From an uncultured cyanobacterium (GTDB lineage: Bacteria; Cyanobacteriota; Cyanobacteriia; Cyanobacteriales; Cyanobacteriaceae): DNA of 64,000 nucleotides. Numbering within the stretch: the stretch's first letter is position 1; every line of letters begins with the position of its first letter. The DNA lies in assembly GCA_963710605.1 (NCBI GenBank), contig CAVQBA010000004.1, positions 736,001-800,000 of the forward strand, read 5' to 3'. Shown one piece after another: positions 53,177-63,686 of this stretch. The position numbers and the translations under genes were made by a program. The notes below the pieces were generated by a model. That model did not search any database, was not told the origin of the DNA, and saw only the letters and a program-made list of their open reading frames with translations.

Positions 53177-53917
53177 ATGAAAGCGATCGAGATTAATAAT
53201 TTATCTTTCCAATATAACAATCATCAAGTTTTTCATAATTTATCTTTAGAAATTGATGCTCAAGAAAAAGTAGGTGTAATCGGGGCAAATGGAGCAGGAA
53301 AAACTACTTTTTTCTTTTCTATCTGTGGTTTATTAGCGAATTATCAAGGAGAAATAAAGCTTTTTGACAAAATAATCAAAGCAGGAGAATTTTATCCCGA
53401 AATCGGTTTAGTGTTCCAAAATCCCGACGATCAATTATTTTGTCCGACTGTCAGAGATGATATTTTATTTGGCGGAGAAAACTTAGGTTTATCTGAAGTG
53501 CAAATTACTGAGCGTCTCAATCGAGTTTTAGAATTAACTGGAGTAGAATACTTACTCGATCGAATTCCCCATCAACTGTCAGGTGGAGAAAAATGTATGG
53601 TTGCGATCGCTTCAGTTTTAATTATGAATCCCAAAATTATATTATATGACGAACCTAGTGCCAATTTAGACCTAAAAGCCAGACGTAAATTGATTAACTT
53701 TTTACAATCTTCATCGCAAACTATTTTAGTCTCATCCCACGACTTAGAATTAATTGTCGAAGTCTGCGATCGAGTGATAGTAATGAACTCAGGCAAAATA
53801 GTTGCTAATGGTCAACCTGATATTATCATGGGTAATCAAAAACTGATGGAAGAAAATAATCTAGAAATACCTCTATCATTAAAATCAAATCCATCAATTA
53901 ACACCAGTCTTAAGTAA
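53177..53917 (+). CDS. ECF-type (CbiO-like) ABC ATPase
   Basis: GANGAGKT, VFQNPDDQLF, LSGGE, DEP and SHD motifs. Confidence 0.88.
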   Translation: MKAIEINNLSFQYNNHQVFHNLSLEIDAQEKVGVIGANGAGKTTFFFSICGLLANYQGEIKLFDKIIKAGEFYPEIGLVFQNPDDQLFCPTVRDDILFGGENLGLSEVQITERLNRVLELTGVEYLLDRIPHQLSGGEKCMVAIASVLIMNPKIILYDEPSANLDLKARRKLINFLQSSSQTILVSSHDLELIVEVCDRVIVMNSGKIVANGQPDIIMGNQKLMEENNLEIPLSLKSNPSINTSLK

Positions 53918-54006
53918 AGATGAATAAAATCAACTGTGCAACTGACAAATGTTAAGATCAAAAATATATTATTAAAAACGTGTTTAATTCTTAGGAGAAA
54001 ACAACA

Positions 54007-54849
54007 TTGACTCGCCAATCAGCAACCAGCACTTTTAGTTTAATCGGTGGAATTATTGCCGCTTTAATTGTACTAATCGGTTTTAACTCTTTCGTCATCA
54101 TCAACCCCGGACAAGCTGGAGTTTTGAGTGTTTTAGGAAAAGCTCAAAATGGTGCTTTATTAGAAGGAATACATTTTAAACCGCCTTTAATTTCCGCAGT
54201 AGATGTCTATGATGTCACCGTTCAAAAATTTGAAGTACCCGCTCAAAGTGCGACTAAAGATTTACAAGATTTATCAGCTAGTTTTGCAATTAACTTCCGT
54301 CTTGATCCTTTTAAAGTAGTTGAAATTAGAAGAACTCAAGGTACACTAAGAAATATCGTCAATAAAATTATTGCCCCTCAAACTCAAGAATCTTTTAAAA
54401 TTGCCGCCGCTAGACGTACAGTCGAACAAGCAATTACTCAAAGAAGTGAGCTCAAAGAAGATTTTGATTTAGCCCTCAACTCTCGTTTAGAGAAATATGG
54501 CATTATTGTTCTTGATACTAGTGTTGTCGATTTAGCCTTTTCTACCGAATTTGCTAAAGCAGTAGAAGACAAACAAATTGCTGAACAAAGAGCTCAAAGA
54601 GCAGTTTATATCGCTCAAGAAGCTTCTCAAGAAGCCGAAGCTGATGTTAACCGAGCTAGAGGTAAAGCCGAAGCCCAAAGACTATTAGCCGAAACCCTAA
54701 AAGCCCAAGGTGGTGAATTAGTACTACAAAAAGAAGCGATCGAAGCTTGGAGAGAAGGTGGGGCTCAAATGCCTAGAGTGTTAGTAACTGGTGGTAGTGG
54801 TGCAAGTGTACCGTTCATCTTTGATTTACAAGATGCAGGAAACAGTTAG
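54007..54849 (+). CDS. SPFH/prohibitin-family protein
   Basis: N-terminal TM helix; EGIHFK.P, KDLQ and AVEDKQIAEQ motifs. Confidence 0.9.
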   Translation: MTRQSATSTFSLIGGIIAALIVLIGFNSFVIINPGQAGVLSVLGKAQNGALLEGIHFKPPLISAVDVYDVTVQKFEVPAQSATKDLQDLSASFAINFRLDPFKVVEIRRTQGTLRNIVNKIIAPQTQESFKIAAARRTVEQAITQRSELKEDFDLALNSRLEKYGIIVLDTSVVDLAFSTEFAKAVEDKQIAEQRAQRAVYIAQEASQEAEADVNRARGKAEAQRLLAETLKAQGGELVLQKEAIEAWREGGAQMPRVLVTGGSGASVPFIFDLQDAGNS

Positions 54850-54901
54850 TAACTAATAATTAAAGTAACCACTAAATTATTTAACTCACATAAAGATTAC
54901 A

Positions 54902-54929
54902 GTAGGGGCAATTCATCTGTCGCCCCTAC
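54902..54929 (+). repeat. GTAG-type REP-like palindrome
   Basis: GTAGGGGC-aattcatctgtc-GCCCCTAC; related GTAGGGGTTTATGGCATAAACCC at about 31668. Confidence 0.6.
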
Positions 54930-55124
54930 ATTCTGATAATTAGTTTTTAAACGATCTCTTTTATTAACTGTATAGCAGTAAAAAGCGATCGACAAGATAA
55001 TTCTGTTGAGATTATACGATCGATCTTTTTCGTCTTTAATAAACTCTGCTTCTGTCCTTTCTCTCTTGAAAAGTTGTTCGTTGTTCATGGGGGAAAGCTA
55101 AAGCTAACGCATTTATACACACGA

Positions 55125-55161
55125 CAAAAAACACCCCCAGTTTAACTGAGAGTGCTTTTTG
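55125..55161 (-). terminator. Intrinsic terminator of psbA copy 2
   Basis: Homologous to 311-347; hairpin plus T-run on the minus strand. Confidence 0.75.
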
Positions 55162-55214
55162 AGATTTTGCTATTTAATTGTTATTTCAATTTAAATCACA
55201 AATCATTTGATTAA

Positions 55215-56285
55215 TTAGCTGTTGATTACAGGTGCACTTATGACATCCGCGCTGGCTAAATCTAATGGGAAGTTGTGAGCGTTACGTTCGTGCATTACTT
55301 CGATACCGATGTTAGCACGGTTTAATACGTCTGCCCATGTTCCGATTACGTGACCTTGGCTATCTAAGATTGATTGGTTAAAGTTAAAACCGTTCAAGTT
55401 GAATGCCATGGTGCTTACTCCCATTGCTGTGAACCAAATACCAATCACAGGCCATGCTCCTAAAAAGAAGTGTAATGCTCTAGAGTTGTTAAATGATGCA
55501 TATTGGAAGATTAAACGACCAAAGTAACCATGTGCGGCTACGATGTTGTAGGTTTCTTCTTCTTGACCGAATTTGTAACCGTAGTTTTGTGATTCAGTTT
55601 CAGTTGTTTCACGAACTAATGAAGAAGTTACTAAGCTTCCGTGCATTGCGGAGAATAAAGAACCACCGAATACACCGGCTACTCCTAACATATGAAATGG
55701 GTGCATTAAGATGTTATGCTCTGCTTGGAATACGAACATAAAGTTGAATGTTCCAGAGATTCCTAAAGGCATACCATCAGAGAATGAACCTTGACCAATA
55801 GGGTAGATTAAGAATACTGCTGTTGCCGCAGATACAGGAGCAGAATATGCTACACAGATCCAAGGACGCATTCCTAAACGGTAGGATAATTCCCACTGAC
55901 GACCCATATAACAGAAGATTCCGATTAAGAAATGGAATACGACTAATTGGTAAGGACCACCATTGTATAACCATTCGTCTAATGATGCTGCTTCCCAGAT
56001 TGGGTAGAAGTGAAGACCAATAGCGTTGGAACTAGGGACAACTGCACCAGAAATGATGTTGTTGCCATAAAGTAATGAACCGGCTACTGGCTCACGAATA
56101 CCGTCAATATCTACAGGAGGTGCTGCGATGAAGGCGATGATGAAACAAGTGGTTGCAGTTAAAAGACAAGGGATCATCAAAGTACCGAACCAACCGACAT
56201 ATAGACGGTTGTTGGTTGATGTGATCCACTGACAAAACTGTTCCCAAGCAGATGACTGCTGTTGTTGTTGTAAAGTGGTTGTCAT
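55215..56285 (-). CDS. psbA: Photosystem II D1 protein, standard form (Q130), copy 2
   Basis: Protein identical to copy 1 up to residue 345; C-terminal extension [12 protein letters not shown]. Confidence 0.99.
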   Translation of the reverse strand: MTTTLQQQQQSSAWEQFCQWITSTNNRLYVGWFGTLMIPCLLTATTCFIIAFIAAPPVDIDGIREPVAGSLLYGNNIISGAVVPSSNAIGLHFYPIWEAASLDEWLYNGGPYQLVVFHFLIGIFCYMGRQWELSYRLGMRPWICVAYSAPVSAATAVFLIYPIGQGSFSDGMPLGISGTFNFMFVFQAEHNILMHPFHMLGVAGVFGGSLFSAMHGSLVTSSLVRETTETESQNYGYKFGQEEETYNIVAAHGYFGRLIFQYASFNNSRALHFFLGAWPVIGIWFTAMGVSTMAFNLNGFNFNQSILDSQGHVIGTWADVLNRANIGIEVMHERNAHNFPLDLASADVISAPVINS

Positions 56286-56403
56286 GTTTGTTATGATTGC
56301 GATTAAATTTTCAAGGTACTATCTGTTTCGGTTTCCCGAAGTTCAGATTACATCCGGTTAAGCGTTTAAAAAATAAATTGCTTTGTTTGATGTGTATATA
56401 CTT

Positions 56404-56432
56404 ATAATAACAGCTATATTGAGTTTTGTAAA
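56404..56432 (-). promoter_or_regulatory. sigma70-type promoter of psbA copy 2 (-35 TTTACA, 17 bp, -10 TATTAT)
   Basis: Minus strand TTTACA-aaactcaatatagctgt-TATTAT. Confidence 0.65.
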
Positions 56433-56584
56433 GGAATCTTCAGTTTACTCTTTGTTATCTGAGTGATAAGTTTTGCTTAATGGCTCTGTTTTCTAAATAG
56501 TTATGGCAAAAAGCGAGTAATGAACAATTTAAGACTTCTTAGTTCTTACTTTTTACTTTTTACTTAGACTCTCTGCTCGCTACA

Positions 56585-57649
56585 ATGAAATCAAATCACA
56601 CAAAAAATGAGGAAACAATGAATACCAATACGACTAATCAATCAGAAGTAGTTATTCCTGATGCCAGTCTAGATAGAGACTGTACGACATTATCTCGTCA
56701 CATCCTACAGCAGTTAGATACTTTTTCGACAGATGCTCAAGATTTGAGTGCGATTATGAATCGAATTGCTTTAGCAGGAAAACTGGTTGCTCGTCGTTTA
56801 AGCCGTGCAGGATTAGTTGCGGATGCATTAGGTTTTACAGGAGAAGATAATGTTCAAGGTGAATCGGTTAAAAAAATGGACCTTTATGCCAATGACGTTT
56901 TTATTTCTGTATTTAAGCAAAGTGGTTTGGTTTGTCGTTTGGCTTCTGAGGAGATGGAGAAACCTTATTATATTCCTGAAAATTGTCCGATTGGTCGTTA
57001 TACTTTACTTTATGATCCCATTGATGGCTCTTCTAATGTTGATATTAATTTGAATGTTGGTTCAATTTTTGCGATTAGACAACAAGAAGGAGAAGATTTA
57101 GATGGTGAAGCCAAAGATTTGTTACAAGATGGTCATAAGCAAGTAGCGGCGGGTTATATTCTTTATGGTCCTGCTACTGTTCTAGTTTACACGATCGGTA
57201 AAGGTGTACATTCGTTCTTTTTAGATCCTAGTTTAGGAGAATTTATCCTCGCTCAAGAAAATATCCAAATCCCTGAAAATGGTTCTGTTTACAGTGTCAA
57301 TGAAGGTAATTTTTGGCAGTGGGATGAGCCTTATCGTAATTATATCCGTCATCTTCATAGTAATGAGGGTTATAGCAGTAGATATAGTGGTGCATTAGTA
57401 GGAGATATTCACCGTATTTTGATGCAAGGAGGTGTTTTTCTTTATCCTGGTACGATGAAAAAACCTGATGGTAAATTAAGATTGTTATATGAAACTGCTC
57501 CTTTAGCTTGGATTGTTGAACAAGCGGGTGGAGAGGCTTCAATCGGTAAAGTTGATGCGATGGATGTAATCCCGGAAAAAATTCATCAACGTACACCGAT
57601 TATTTTAGGTGGCAAAAAAGAAGTTGAGTTAGTTAAGTCTTTTTTATAA
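56585..57649 (+). CDS. fbp: Class 1 fructose-1,6-bisphosphatase
   Basis: [21 protein letters not shown] and GKLRLLYE motifs. Confidence 0.96.
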   Translation: MKSNHTKNEETMNTNTTNQSEVVIPDASLDRDCTTLSRHILQQLDTFSTDAQDLSAIMNRIALAGKLVARRLSRAGLVADALGFTGEDNVQGESVKKMDLYANDVFISVFKQSGLVCRLASEEMEKPYYIPENCPIGRYTLLYDPIDGSSNVDINLNVGSIFAIRQQEGEDLDGEAKDLLQDGHKQVAAGYILYGPATVLVYTIGKGVHSFFLDPSLGEFILAQENIQIPENGSVYSVNEGNFWQWDEPYRNYIRHLHSNEGYSSRYSGALVGDIHRILMQGGVFLYPGTMKKPDGKLRLLYETAPLAWIVEQAGGEASIGKVDAMDVIPEKIHQRTPIILGGKKEVELVKSFL

Positions 57650-57667
57650 GTTAATTAAAACATCTAA

Positions 57668-57700
57668 CCACCCCTAACCCCTCCTTTTGAAGGAGGGGAA
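57668..57700 (+). repeat. Short dispersed hairpin repeat (CCACCCCTAACCCCTCCTT..AAGGAGGGGAA)
   Basis: Near-identical to 30652-30684. Confidence 0.7.
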
Positions 57701-57830
57701 ATCGATATCAAGTGTCTCAACGAATTTTTCATTGCTATCCATTTGTTAAAAATTGAAAATAAGTAAATACTTACTTTCTAGCTTCTCTTTTTCTTTTTTT
57801 AACCATTCCCTAAAATTAAATTACCAAAAA

Positions 57831-58607
57831 CTAATTTTTTGATTGTTCGCAAGAAGACAAAATGTTACTGATAAAATCGCTATAATCATTTTTCATCGGT
57901 AACTCATAATCGATAAATAATCTTTTTCTGGTAGTTGGTATCGTCTCACCAGTTTTTGGATTAAATCCTTCTTTGATATAATTTTGCCAATAAATACCTG
58001 TACCTCTTTTTTGCCAACTAGGAAGATTATTAAAATTGATCCCTTTTTGAAAGAGATATTCGTTTTTGTTGGCTACAGACATATGCTCAAACATAGAAGT
58101 TGCTTTTCTTGCTGATAATCCTTCTTTTCTGGCACACCAATAACAATGAGAATTTAAAGAGTTACGATGGGCATCTTCATTTCGCCAACGAAAATAATCA
58201 ATAACTAATTTTGGGGTAGGTAATTGAGATATACGAGAATCAAAAGTGCCTAAACTGCCTAATAATAAACTAAATTTAGCACTGGCTTCTCCTGCTAAAA
58301 CTGAATTTAATTTTCGTTCTTTCCGATTAAAAGTAGTATCATCTAAATCAAATAGTAAGGATATTTCGTCACTTTGGGTATATCCATAAATAATTTTAAA
58401 ACCACATTCCATCAAATGTTTGACTGTTTCTACCATCATATCTCGGAATTTAAGATCGAAAGGTCGATCGAAATTATGTGTTTCCTTGGTTAATTTAGTA
58501 AAACAGCGACCATCTATTCTGGCTACCATATATATTTGAGGTAATATGATTGAATCGTTTGCTGTCTCAAACAGACGCATTTTTTGGTCTAATTCGTCAA
58601 ATTTCAT
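57831..58607 (-). CDS. Thg1-like protein (tRNA-His guanylyltransferase family, 3'-5' nucleotidyltransferase)
   Basis: ARIDGRCF, YTQSDEIS, FNRKERK, FDSR, YFRWR..DA..N and W.KRG motifs. Confidence 0.92.
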   Translation of the reverse strand: MKFDELDQKMRLFETANDSIILPQIYMVARIDGRCFTKLTKETHNFDRPFDLKFRDMMVETVKHLMECGFKIIYGYTQSDEISLLFDLDDTTFNRKERKLNSVLAGEASAKFSLLLGSLGTFDSRISQLPTPKLVIDYFRWRNEDAHRNSLNSHCYWCARKEGLSARKATSMFEHMSVANKNEYLFQKGINFNNLPSWQKRGTGIYWQNYIKEGFNPKTGETIPTTRKRLFIDYELPMKNDYSDFISNILSSCEQSKN

Positions 58608-59043
58608 TTTGCCACTCTTCTACAATAAATTCACCAGATCGAATTTTTACATAATAAAGACAATCTAAACCTTGATTATAATCAGGTAATTGTAATTTTC
58701 TATAAGTTGCTTTTACTCCCACTTCAGGAATTTTTGCTTTACCGAGGCGTTGTTGGTTTCTGGCTAAACATTCTGACAGATTAGATTCAAAATAGTAGCC
58801 AGTTATTTTAAAACGATTTTCTTTTAGTTTATCTATATATTTTTGTCTATCTTCGATCGTTGGGTTAGTATTATCTATCACTAATGGTTGTTTAGCGAGT
58901 AAACAAGCTTCAAATAAGATCTTTTCTCGATGTCTTGTTTTTAGCATATCCAAATTTAAACGAATATGAGTTTGGTAAAATTTTTCTAAATAAAAAGAAG
59001 ATTTTCCAGTTGCTTGTAATCCAATAAATATGATTCCATTCAT
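58597..59043 (-). CDS. P-loop polynucleotide-kinase-like protein (AAA_33-type)
   Basis: Walker A GLQATGKS, NLDML, VIDNTNP and lid CLARNQQR; 11-bp overlap with the Thg1-like gene. Confidence 0.85.
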   Translation of the reverse strand: MNGIIFIGLQATGKSSFYLEKFYQTHIRLNLDMLKTRHREKILFEACLLAKQPLVIDNTNPTIEDRQKYIDKLKENRFKITGYYFESNLSECLARNQQRLGKAKIPEVGVKATYRKLQLPDYNQGLDCLYYVKIRSGEFIVEEWQNEI

Positions 59044-59113
59044 TATTGATATTTATTTTAATTTTTGATCAATGTAGCAAAAAAATAGCTATGATGTTTT
59101 TACTACTCGATCG

Positions 59114-59311
59114 CTAATTCGTTAATTTTGCTTGTATTGCTTGTTCTATTTTTAAATCGAAATCAACGTCACCGACTGTAGCAATAACTTTTTTTGCTTT
59201 ACTATTTCGTCTCTCTAAATAAGTTTGTAAAGCTAATTGATCATATTTATTAGCCAAGAAGTATTCTCTTAGTTGTTTGTCTGACATTTTGGAATAATTA
59301 GTTTGTGTCAT
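59114..59311 (-). CDS. Small protein, DUF6887-like
   Basis: NYSKMSDKQLREYFLAN..D..AL pattern recalled from this family; no HMM run. Confidence 0.6.
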   Translation of the reverse strand: MTQTNYSKMSDKQLREYFLANKYDQLALQTYLERRNSKAKKVIATVGDVDFDLKIEQAIQAKLTN

Positions 59312-59487
59312 TAAATAACTTCTCCTGTTGGTGTAATTACTAATTCAATTTCTTCTTCTTCACCCGCTAAAATAAAAAGATTATTTGTTCTTTGATCAAT
59401 ACAAATAAGATGAATTGATTGAAAGGCTTTATATGTTAAATAATAACAAATACGATAAAGCCCCTCTAATTGTTTTTGCGTTGGCAT
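59311..59487 (-). CDS. Small protein (58 aa), DUF6888-like
   Basis: Not in ORF track. MPTQKQLEGLYRICYYLTYKAFQSIHLICIDQRTNNLFILAGEEEEIELVITPTGEVI; TAATG overlap with the next gene. Confidence 0.65.
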   Translation of the reverse strand: MPTQKQLEGLYRICYYLTYKAFQSIHLICIDQRTNNLFILAGEEEEIELVITPTGEVI

Positions 59488-59551
59488 AGTTTATTAACAA
59501 ATTAGCGAAGGTATCAATATTTTACACTCTTGCCTTCCTAACTCCGAATTC

Positions 59552-60559
59552 CTAATTCCGACTTCCGAATTTATTCATTGTTGATTGTAAACAGATAAAA
59601 TCTTCTTTTACTTTGGCGACTCTGTCTTTAATTAAAGTTGAACTACAACTGCCATTTGGGGCAGTGATTAAATTAACGACTTCTTCGATCGCTTCAAAAC
59701 TGGGCATTTTAAGTAGATGTAAATTCAAATACTGTTTCACTACCCGACGTTGTAAACTTAATGGTTGCTGAGCTAATACAGAGCGTTGTAGGCAACTATT
59801 ATTGGCTTGTGTCGCTAAATTATACAATTGTGTAGTTTGTGTTTGTAAATATTCTAAATCTGCTCTTAGAATTTCGGCGGTTTGAGCTAAATGTTTTTGG
59901 GTTTGCGGATTAAAATGTTTTTCGAGATAGGGAATTAAATCTAAACGAATACGGTTACGAGCAAATTTTTTGTTTTGATTGTATTCGTCTTCCCAAATCG
60001 GTAGTTGTAATTGTTGGCAACAATCAAAGGTATCTCGACGCAAGAAGTTGAGTAAGGGGCGAACTAGGGTAATATTATCGGTTAATTGTCTTGTCCAGTT
60101 TAAAGCGGTTAATCCTTCTATTCCTGCACCTCTAATTAAATTATAGATAAAAGTTTCGCTACGATCGCTTAATGTATGAGCGGTTAATAAATAATCAAAA
60201 TTATGTTTGGTGGCGACAGCAGTTAAAGCTTGATAACGATATTTTCTAGCACTGGCTTCTGTTTCTGGTATTTTTTCTGTTGCTGTTTTGAGAAATAATT
60301 CGACTTGCCAATTATTACAAATTTGCTTAATATGATCAGCTAAACCTTGATCTAATTCCCAACCATGATCATAATGGACGATCGCTACTTTTTGCCACTT
60401 ACATTTAGCTTGTAAATCTAAACACAAACGAGCTAAACAAATTGAATCTTGTCCACCAGAAACCGCAATTAAAATTTTACTATTTGCTGGTAATAAATTA
60501 CGACTCTTAATAGTTTTAGATAGTTGAACATGATAAGTAGTTGAGTAATATTTATTCAT
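59552..60559 (-). CDS. tilS: tRNA(Ile)-lysidine synthetase
   Basis: AVSGGQDS, E..AR..RY, TAH...D..ET, VRPLL and RNRIR motifs. Confidence 0.94.
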   Translation of the reverse strand: MNKYYSTTYHVQLSKTIKSRNLLPANSKILIAVSGGQDSICLARLCLDLQAKCKWQKVAIVHYDHGWELDQGLADHIKQICNNWQVELFLKTATEKIPETEASARKYRYQALTAVATKHNFDYLLTAHTLSDRSETFIYNLIRGAGIEGLTALNWTRQLTDNITLVRPLLNFLRRDTFDCCQQLQLPIWEDEYNQNKKFARNRIRLDLIPYLEKHFNPQTQKHLAQTAEILRADLEYLQTQTTQLYNLATQANNSCLQRSVLAQQPLSLQRRVVKQYLNLHLLKMPSFEAIEEVVNLITAPNGSCSSTLIKDRVAKVKEDFICLQSTMNKFGSRN

Positions 60560-60843
60560 TTAAGTCTTATTCGTAAATAATCAATTGCTTGTAACTAATT
60601 TTGAAGAGTAAAAAATAATTATCAATTGTGAACTATCAATCGTTTAACGAATTTTTAACTATTAATTAACCTGATTATAATAACTAAAAAATAATAGTTA
60701 ATAATCAATTATTATTTACCAAATGTCAACTACTGATTGCCGATAAGTTAAGCGGGAAAACCCTACACCTTTTAAAAATCTATTGTCTGAATGACCATAA
60801 ACCAATAAACTTTCTAGTAAAAGCTATTTGATCAATTAATTTT

Positions 60844-62133
60844 ATGAAAAAAGTTCTTAGTATAATTTTAGGTGGCGGTGCAGGTTCAAGATTGTACCCT
60901 CTCACAAAGCTACGTGCAAAACCAGCAGTGCCTTTAGCTGGTAAATATCGTTTAATCGATATACCCATTAGTAACTGTCTTAATTCGGGTATTAATCAAA
61001 TCTATGTTTTAACTCAATATAACTCTGCTTCATTAAATCGTCATGTTAGTAAAGGTTACAACTTTTCTGGTTTAAGTGAAGGTTTTGTCGAAGTATTAGC
61101 AGCTCAACAAACTAAAGAAAACCCTGATTGGTTTCAAGGCACGGCTGATGCAGTGCGTCAATATATTTGGTTGTTTGAAGAATGGGATATGGATGAATAT
61201 ATTATCCTTTCTGGGGATCATCTCTATCGTATGGATTATAGCAAGTTTATTGAGCATCACCGTAAAACTAATGCTGATATTACTTTATCGGTAATTCCGA
61301 TCGATGAAAAAAAAGCGACTGCATTTGGTTTGATGAAAATTGATGATCAAGGGCGAATAATTGACTTTAGTGAAAAACCTGAAGGAGATGAGCTTAAAAA
61401 GATGGCTGTAGATACTTCTATTTTAGGTTTAAATCCTGATAAAGCCAAAGAGCAACCTTATATTGCTTCAATGGGTATTTATGTCTTTAAAAAAGAGGTT
61501 TTAGAAAAACTATTAAAAGATAATCCTAAGCAAACTGATTTTGGTAAAGAAATCATTCCTGATGCGGCTAAAGATTATAATGTACAAGCGTATTTATATA
61601 AAGGTTATTGGGAAGATATCGGTACGATCGAAGCTTTCTATCAAGCTAATTTAGCATTAACTGATCAACCTTGTCCTGAATTTAGTTTCTATGACGAAAA
61701 AGCACCTATTTATACTCGCGCACGTTACCTACCCCCTACCAAGTTATTAGATTCTAATGTAACTGAATCGATTATTGGTGAAGGTTGTATCATTAAAGAA
61801 TGCCGAATTAGTAAATGTGTTCTAGGTATCAGAACTCGGATTGAAAGTAACTGTATTGTGGAAGATAGTTTATTGATGGGTTCAGACTATTACGAAAATT
61901 CCGAAATGCGTCAAGAAAAAATCGATAAGGGTAGTCTTCCAATGGGAATTGGTGCTGGTTCAACGATTAGAGGTGCTATTATTGATAAAAATGCCCGTAT
62001 TGGTAAAAATGTAAGTATAACCAATAAAGATAGGGTAGAAGAAGCTAATCGTGAAGATGAAGGCTTTATGATTCGTAGTGGTATTGTTGTGGTTGTTAAA
62101 AATGCTGTTATTCCTGATAACACTGTAATTTAA
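60844..62133 (+). CDS. glgC: Glucose-1-phosphate adenylyltransferase
   Basis: [36 protein letters not shown] and YWEDIGT motifs. Confidence 0.97.
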   Translation: MKKVLSIILGGGAGSRLYPLTKLRAKPAVPLAGKYRLIDIPISNCLNSGINQIYVLTQYNSASLNRHVSKGYNFSGLSEGFVEVLAAQQTKENPDWFQGTADAVRQYIWLFEEWDMDEYIILSGDHLYRMDYSKFIEHHRKTNADITLSVIPIDEKKATAFGLMKIDDQGRIIDFSEKPEGDELKKMAVDTSILGLNPDKAKEQPYIASMGIYVFKKEVLEKLLKDNPKQTDFGKEIIPDAAKDYNVQAYLYKGYWEDIGTIEAFYQANLALTDQPCPEFSFYDEKAPIYTRARYLPPTKLLDSNVTESIIGEGCIIKECRISKCVLGIRTRIESNCIVEDSLLMGSDYYENSEMRQEKIDKGSLPMGIGAGSTIRGAIIDKNARIGKNVSITNKDRVEEANREDEGFMIRSGIVVVVKNAVIPDNTVI

Positions 62134-62177
62134 TCATCCCAAGTTTAAAAAAAATTGCGACAGCTACACCTAGATAT

Positions 62178-62197
62178 TCTCCCCTTAAAGGGGGAGA
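62178..62197. terminator. Hairpin between convergent glgC and kinase genes
   Basis: TCTCCCCTT-a-AAGGGGGAGA. Confidence 0.5.
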
Positions 62198-62261
62198 CTC
62201 GCTTAAAAAGCAATTGTTGCAAAATTAAATATAAATATAAATAATGGGATCGGGGTTTTTT

Positions 62262-63686
62262 CTAAGCATAGAGAGGAAAACTAAGGGTAAAAATACTTCC
62301 TTTATCTGTATTAGAAGCAACATTAATTTCACCATTCATGGCAGTTACTAAGGTTTTGACGATCGCTAATCCTAATCCTGTACCTCCTGCACGATTACGA
62401 GCTTCATCAACTCGATAAAAACGATCGAATATACGGTTTTGTACCGCTAAGGGTATGCCATAACCTTGATCGCAAAATTCAATTATAACTAAAGATTTTT
62501 CTGTTTTAATTTTAATATCTATCTGTGTACCTTCAGGGGAATATTTAATGGCATTATCAATTAAATTGATACAAACTTGTTTAAATTTATCACGATCGAC
62601 TTTGATTTTAAGATCACTATTTTGCTCATGAAAATTAACTTTTCGATCGCTGTATTGTTGAGCCATATTAATGATTTCTTGGACTGAATCACTGACATTA
62701 ACTTCTACCAAATTTAGATTGATAGTACCATGATCAGCTCGTGCTAATTGTAGTAAGTCTTCTAATAATGAAATAGTTCGATCGGCTTCTCCTTGAGCTA
62801 CAGACAATGCTTCTCGTTGTATTGTAGTTAAATTATCTCCTCTTCTTAATGTACTTTGTAAGTAACCTGATACGATCGTCAATGGTGTTCTTAATTCATG
62901 AGAAACGTCACTTAATAATTGTTTCTGATTATCCCAACTTTGCCCTAATCTCATCAACATTTGTTCTAAGGTTAACGCCAGTTTTCTTACTTCATTAGGG
63001 CTATTTTTAAAGTCAATTGAAACTTCTTTTAATTCATCTGCTGAGATACTTTCAGCTATATTACTAATTTTTTCTAACGGTTTTAAGGAGTAAGATATAT
63101 AATAAGCGATCGCAATTAACATAATCGTTACTGCGATGATAGTTGTGACTGTTAAACTACGAATTAAATAAGTAAATAAAAGTTGTTCGTTTGTCACGTT
63201 TTGTGCAATATATAAATTGCCAGCAAATTCTTGATTTAACTGAGTTGAGACACCACACATTAACCAATATTCTCGATCGAAAAAAACTAATTCAGGAATT
63301 GCGGAAATATCATGATAAGTAGCTAATTTAGAGTCAAAGTAAGGAGATTGAGCGATAATTTCATTTTGCTGATTTTCAAACCACAAAAGATTTTTTTTAC
63401 TTGATAAGTTATTAATTGTTTTTTGAATTCCAACATCAGTTGAAACTATTTCGCTGTAAATTTCAACATCAGTAGGAAAACGATTAGTCAGATATTCAAC
63501 TGTTTCTTTATGAGTCATCATCAATAAGTTTTGCATCCTCAAACTCATCCAAATAGACACACTACCTAAACCTAAAGATGATAGTAATGCTATACCCAAA
63601 GTTAATCTTGCTCTGAGAGAATTAAAGTTACTTTTGTTAATTTGGGATACACGATGGACTATTTTGGTTAACATTATTAGTGACAA
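62262..63686 (-). CDS. Membrane-bound HAMP-domain sensor histidine kinase
   Basis: Two TM helices, HAMP, VSHELRTPLT, NAIKY, D.G.G and GTGLGL motifs. Confidence 0.92.
   Translation of the reverse strand: MSLIMLTKIVHRVSQINKSNFNSLRARLTLGIALLSSLGLGSVSIWMSLRMQNLLMMTHKETVEYLTNRFPTDVEIYSEIVSTDVGIQKTINNLSSKKNLLWFENQQNEIIAQSPYFDSKLATYHDISAIPELVFFDREYWLMCGVSTQLNQEFAGNLYIAQNVTNEQLLFTYLIRSLTVTTIIAVTIMLIAIAYYISYSLKPLEKISNIAESISADELKEVSIDFKNSPNEVRKLALTLEQMLMRLGQSWDNQKQLLSDVSHELRTPLTIVSGYLQSTLRRGDNLTTIQREALSVAQGEADRTISLLEDLLQLARADHGTINLNLVEVNVSDSVQEIINMAQQYSDRKVNFHEQNSDLKIKVDRDKFKQVCINLIDNAIKYSPEGTQIDIKIKTEKSLVIIEFCDQGYGIPLAVQNRIFDRFYRVDEARNRAGGTGLGLAIVKTLVTAMNGEINVASNTDKGSIFTLSFPLYA

Noticed and set aside
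54897-55088. 63-aa minus-strand ORF downstream of psbA copy 2
   Set aside because: Crosses a REP-like palindrome and a MITE-end-like TATAGCAGTAAA; no motif, likely chance
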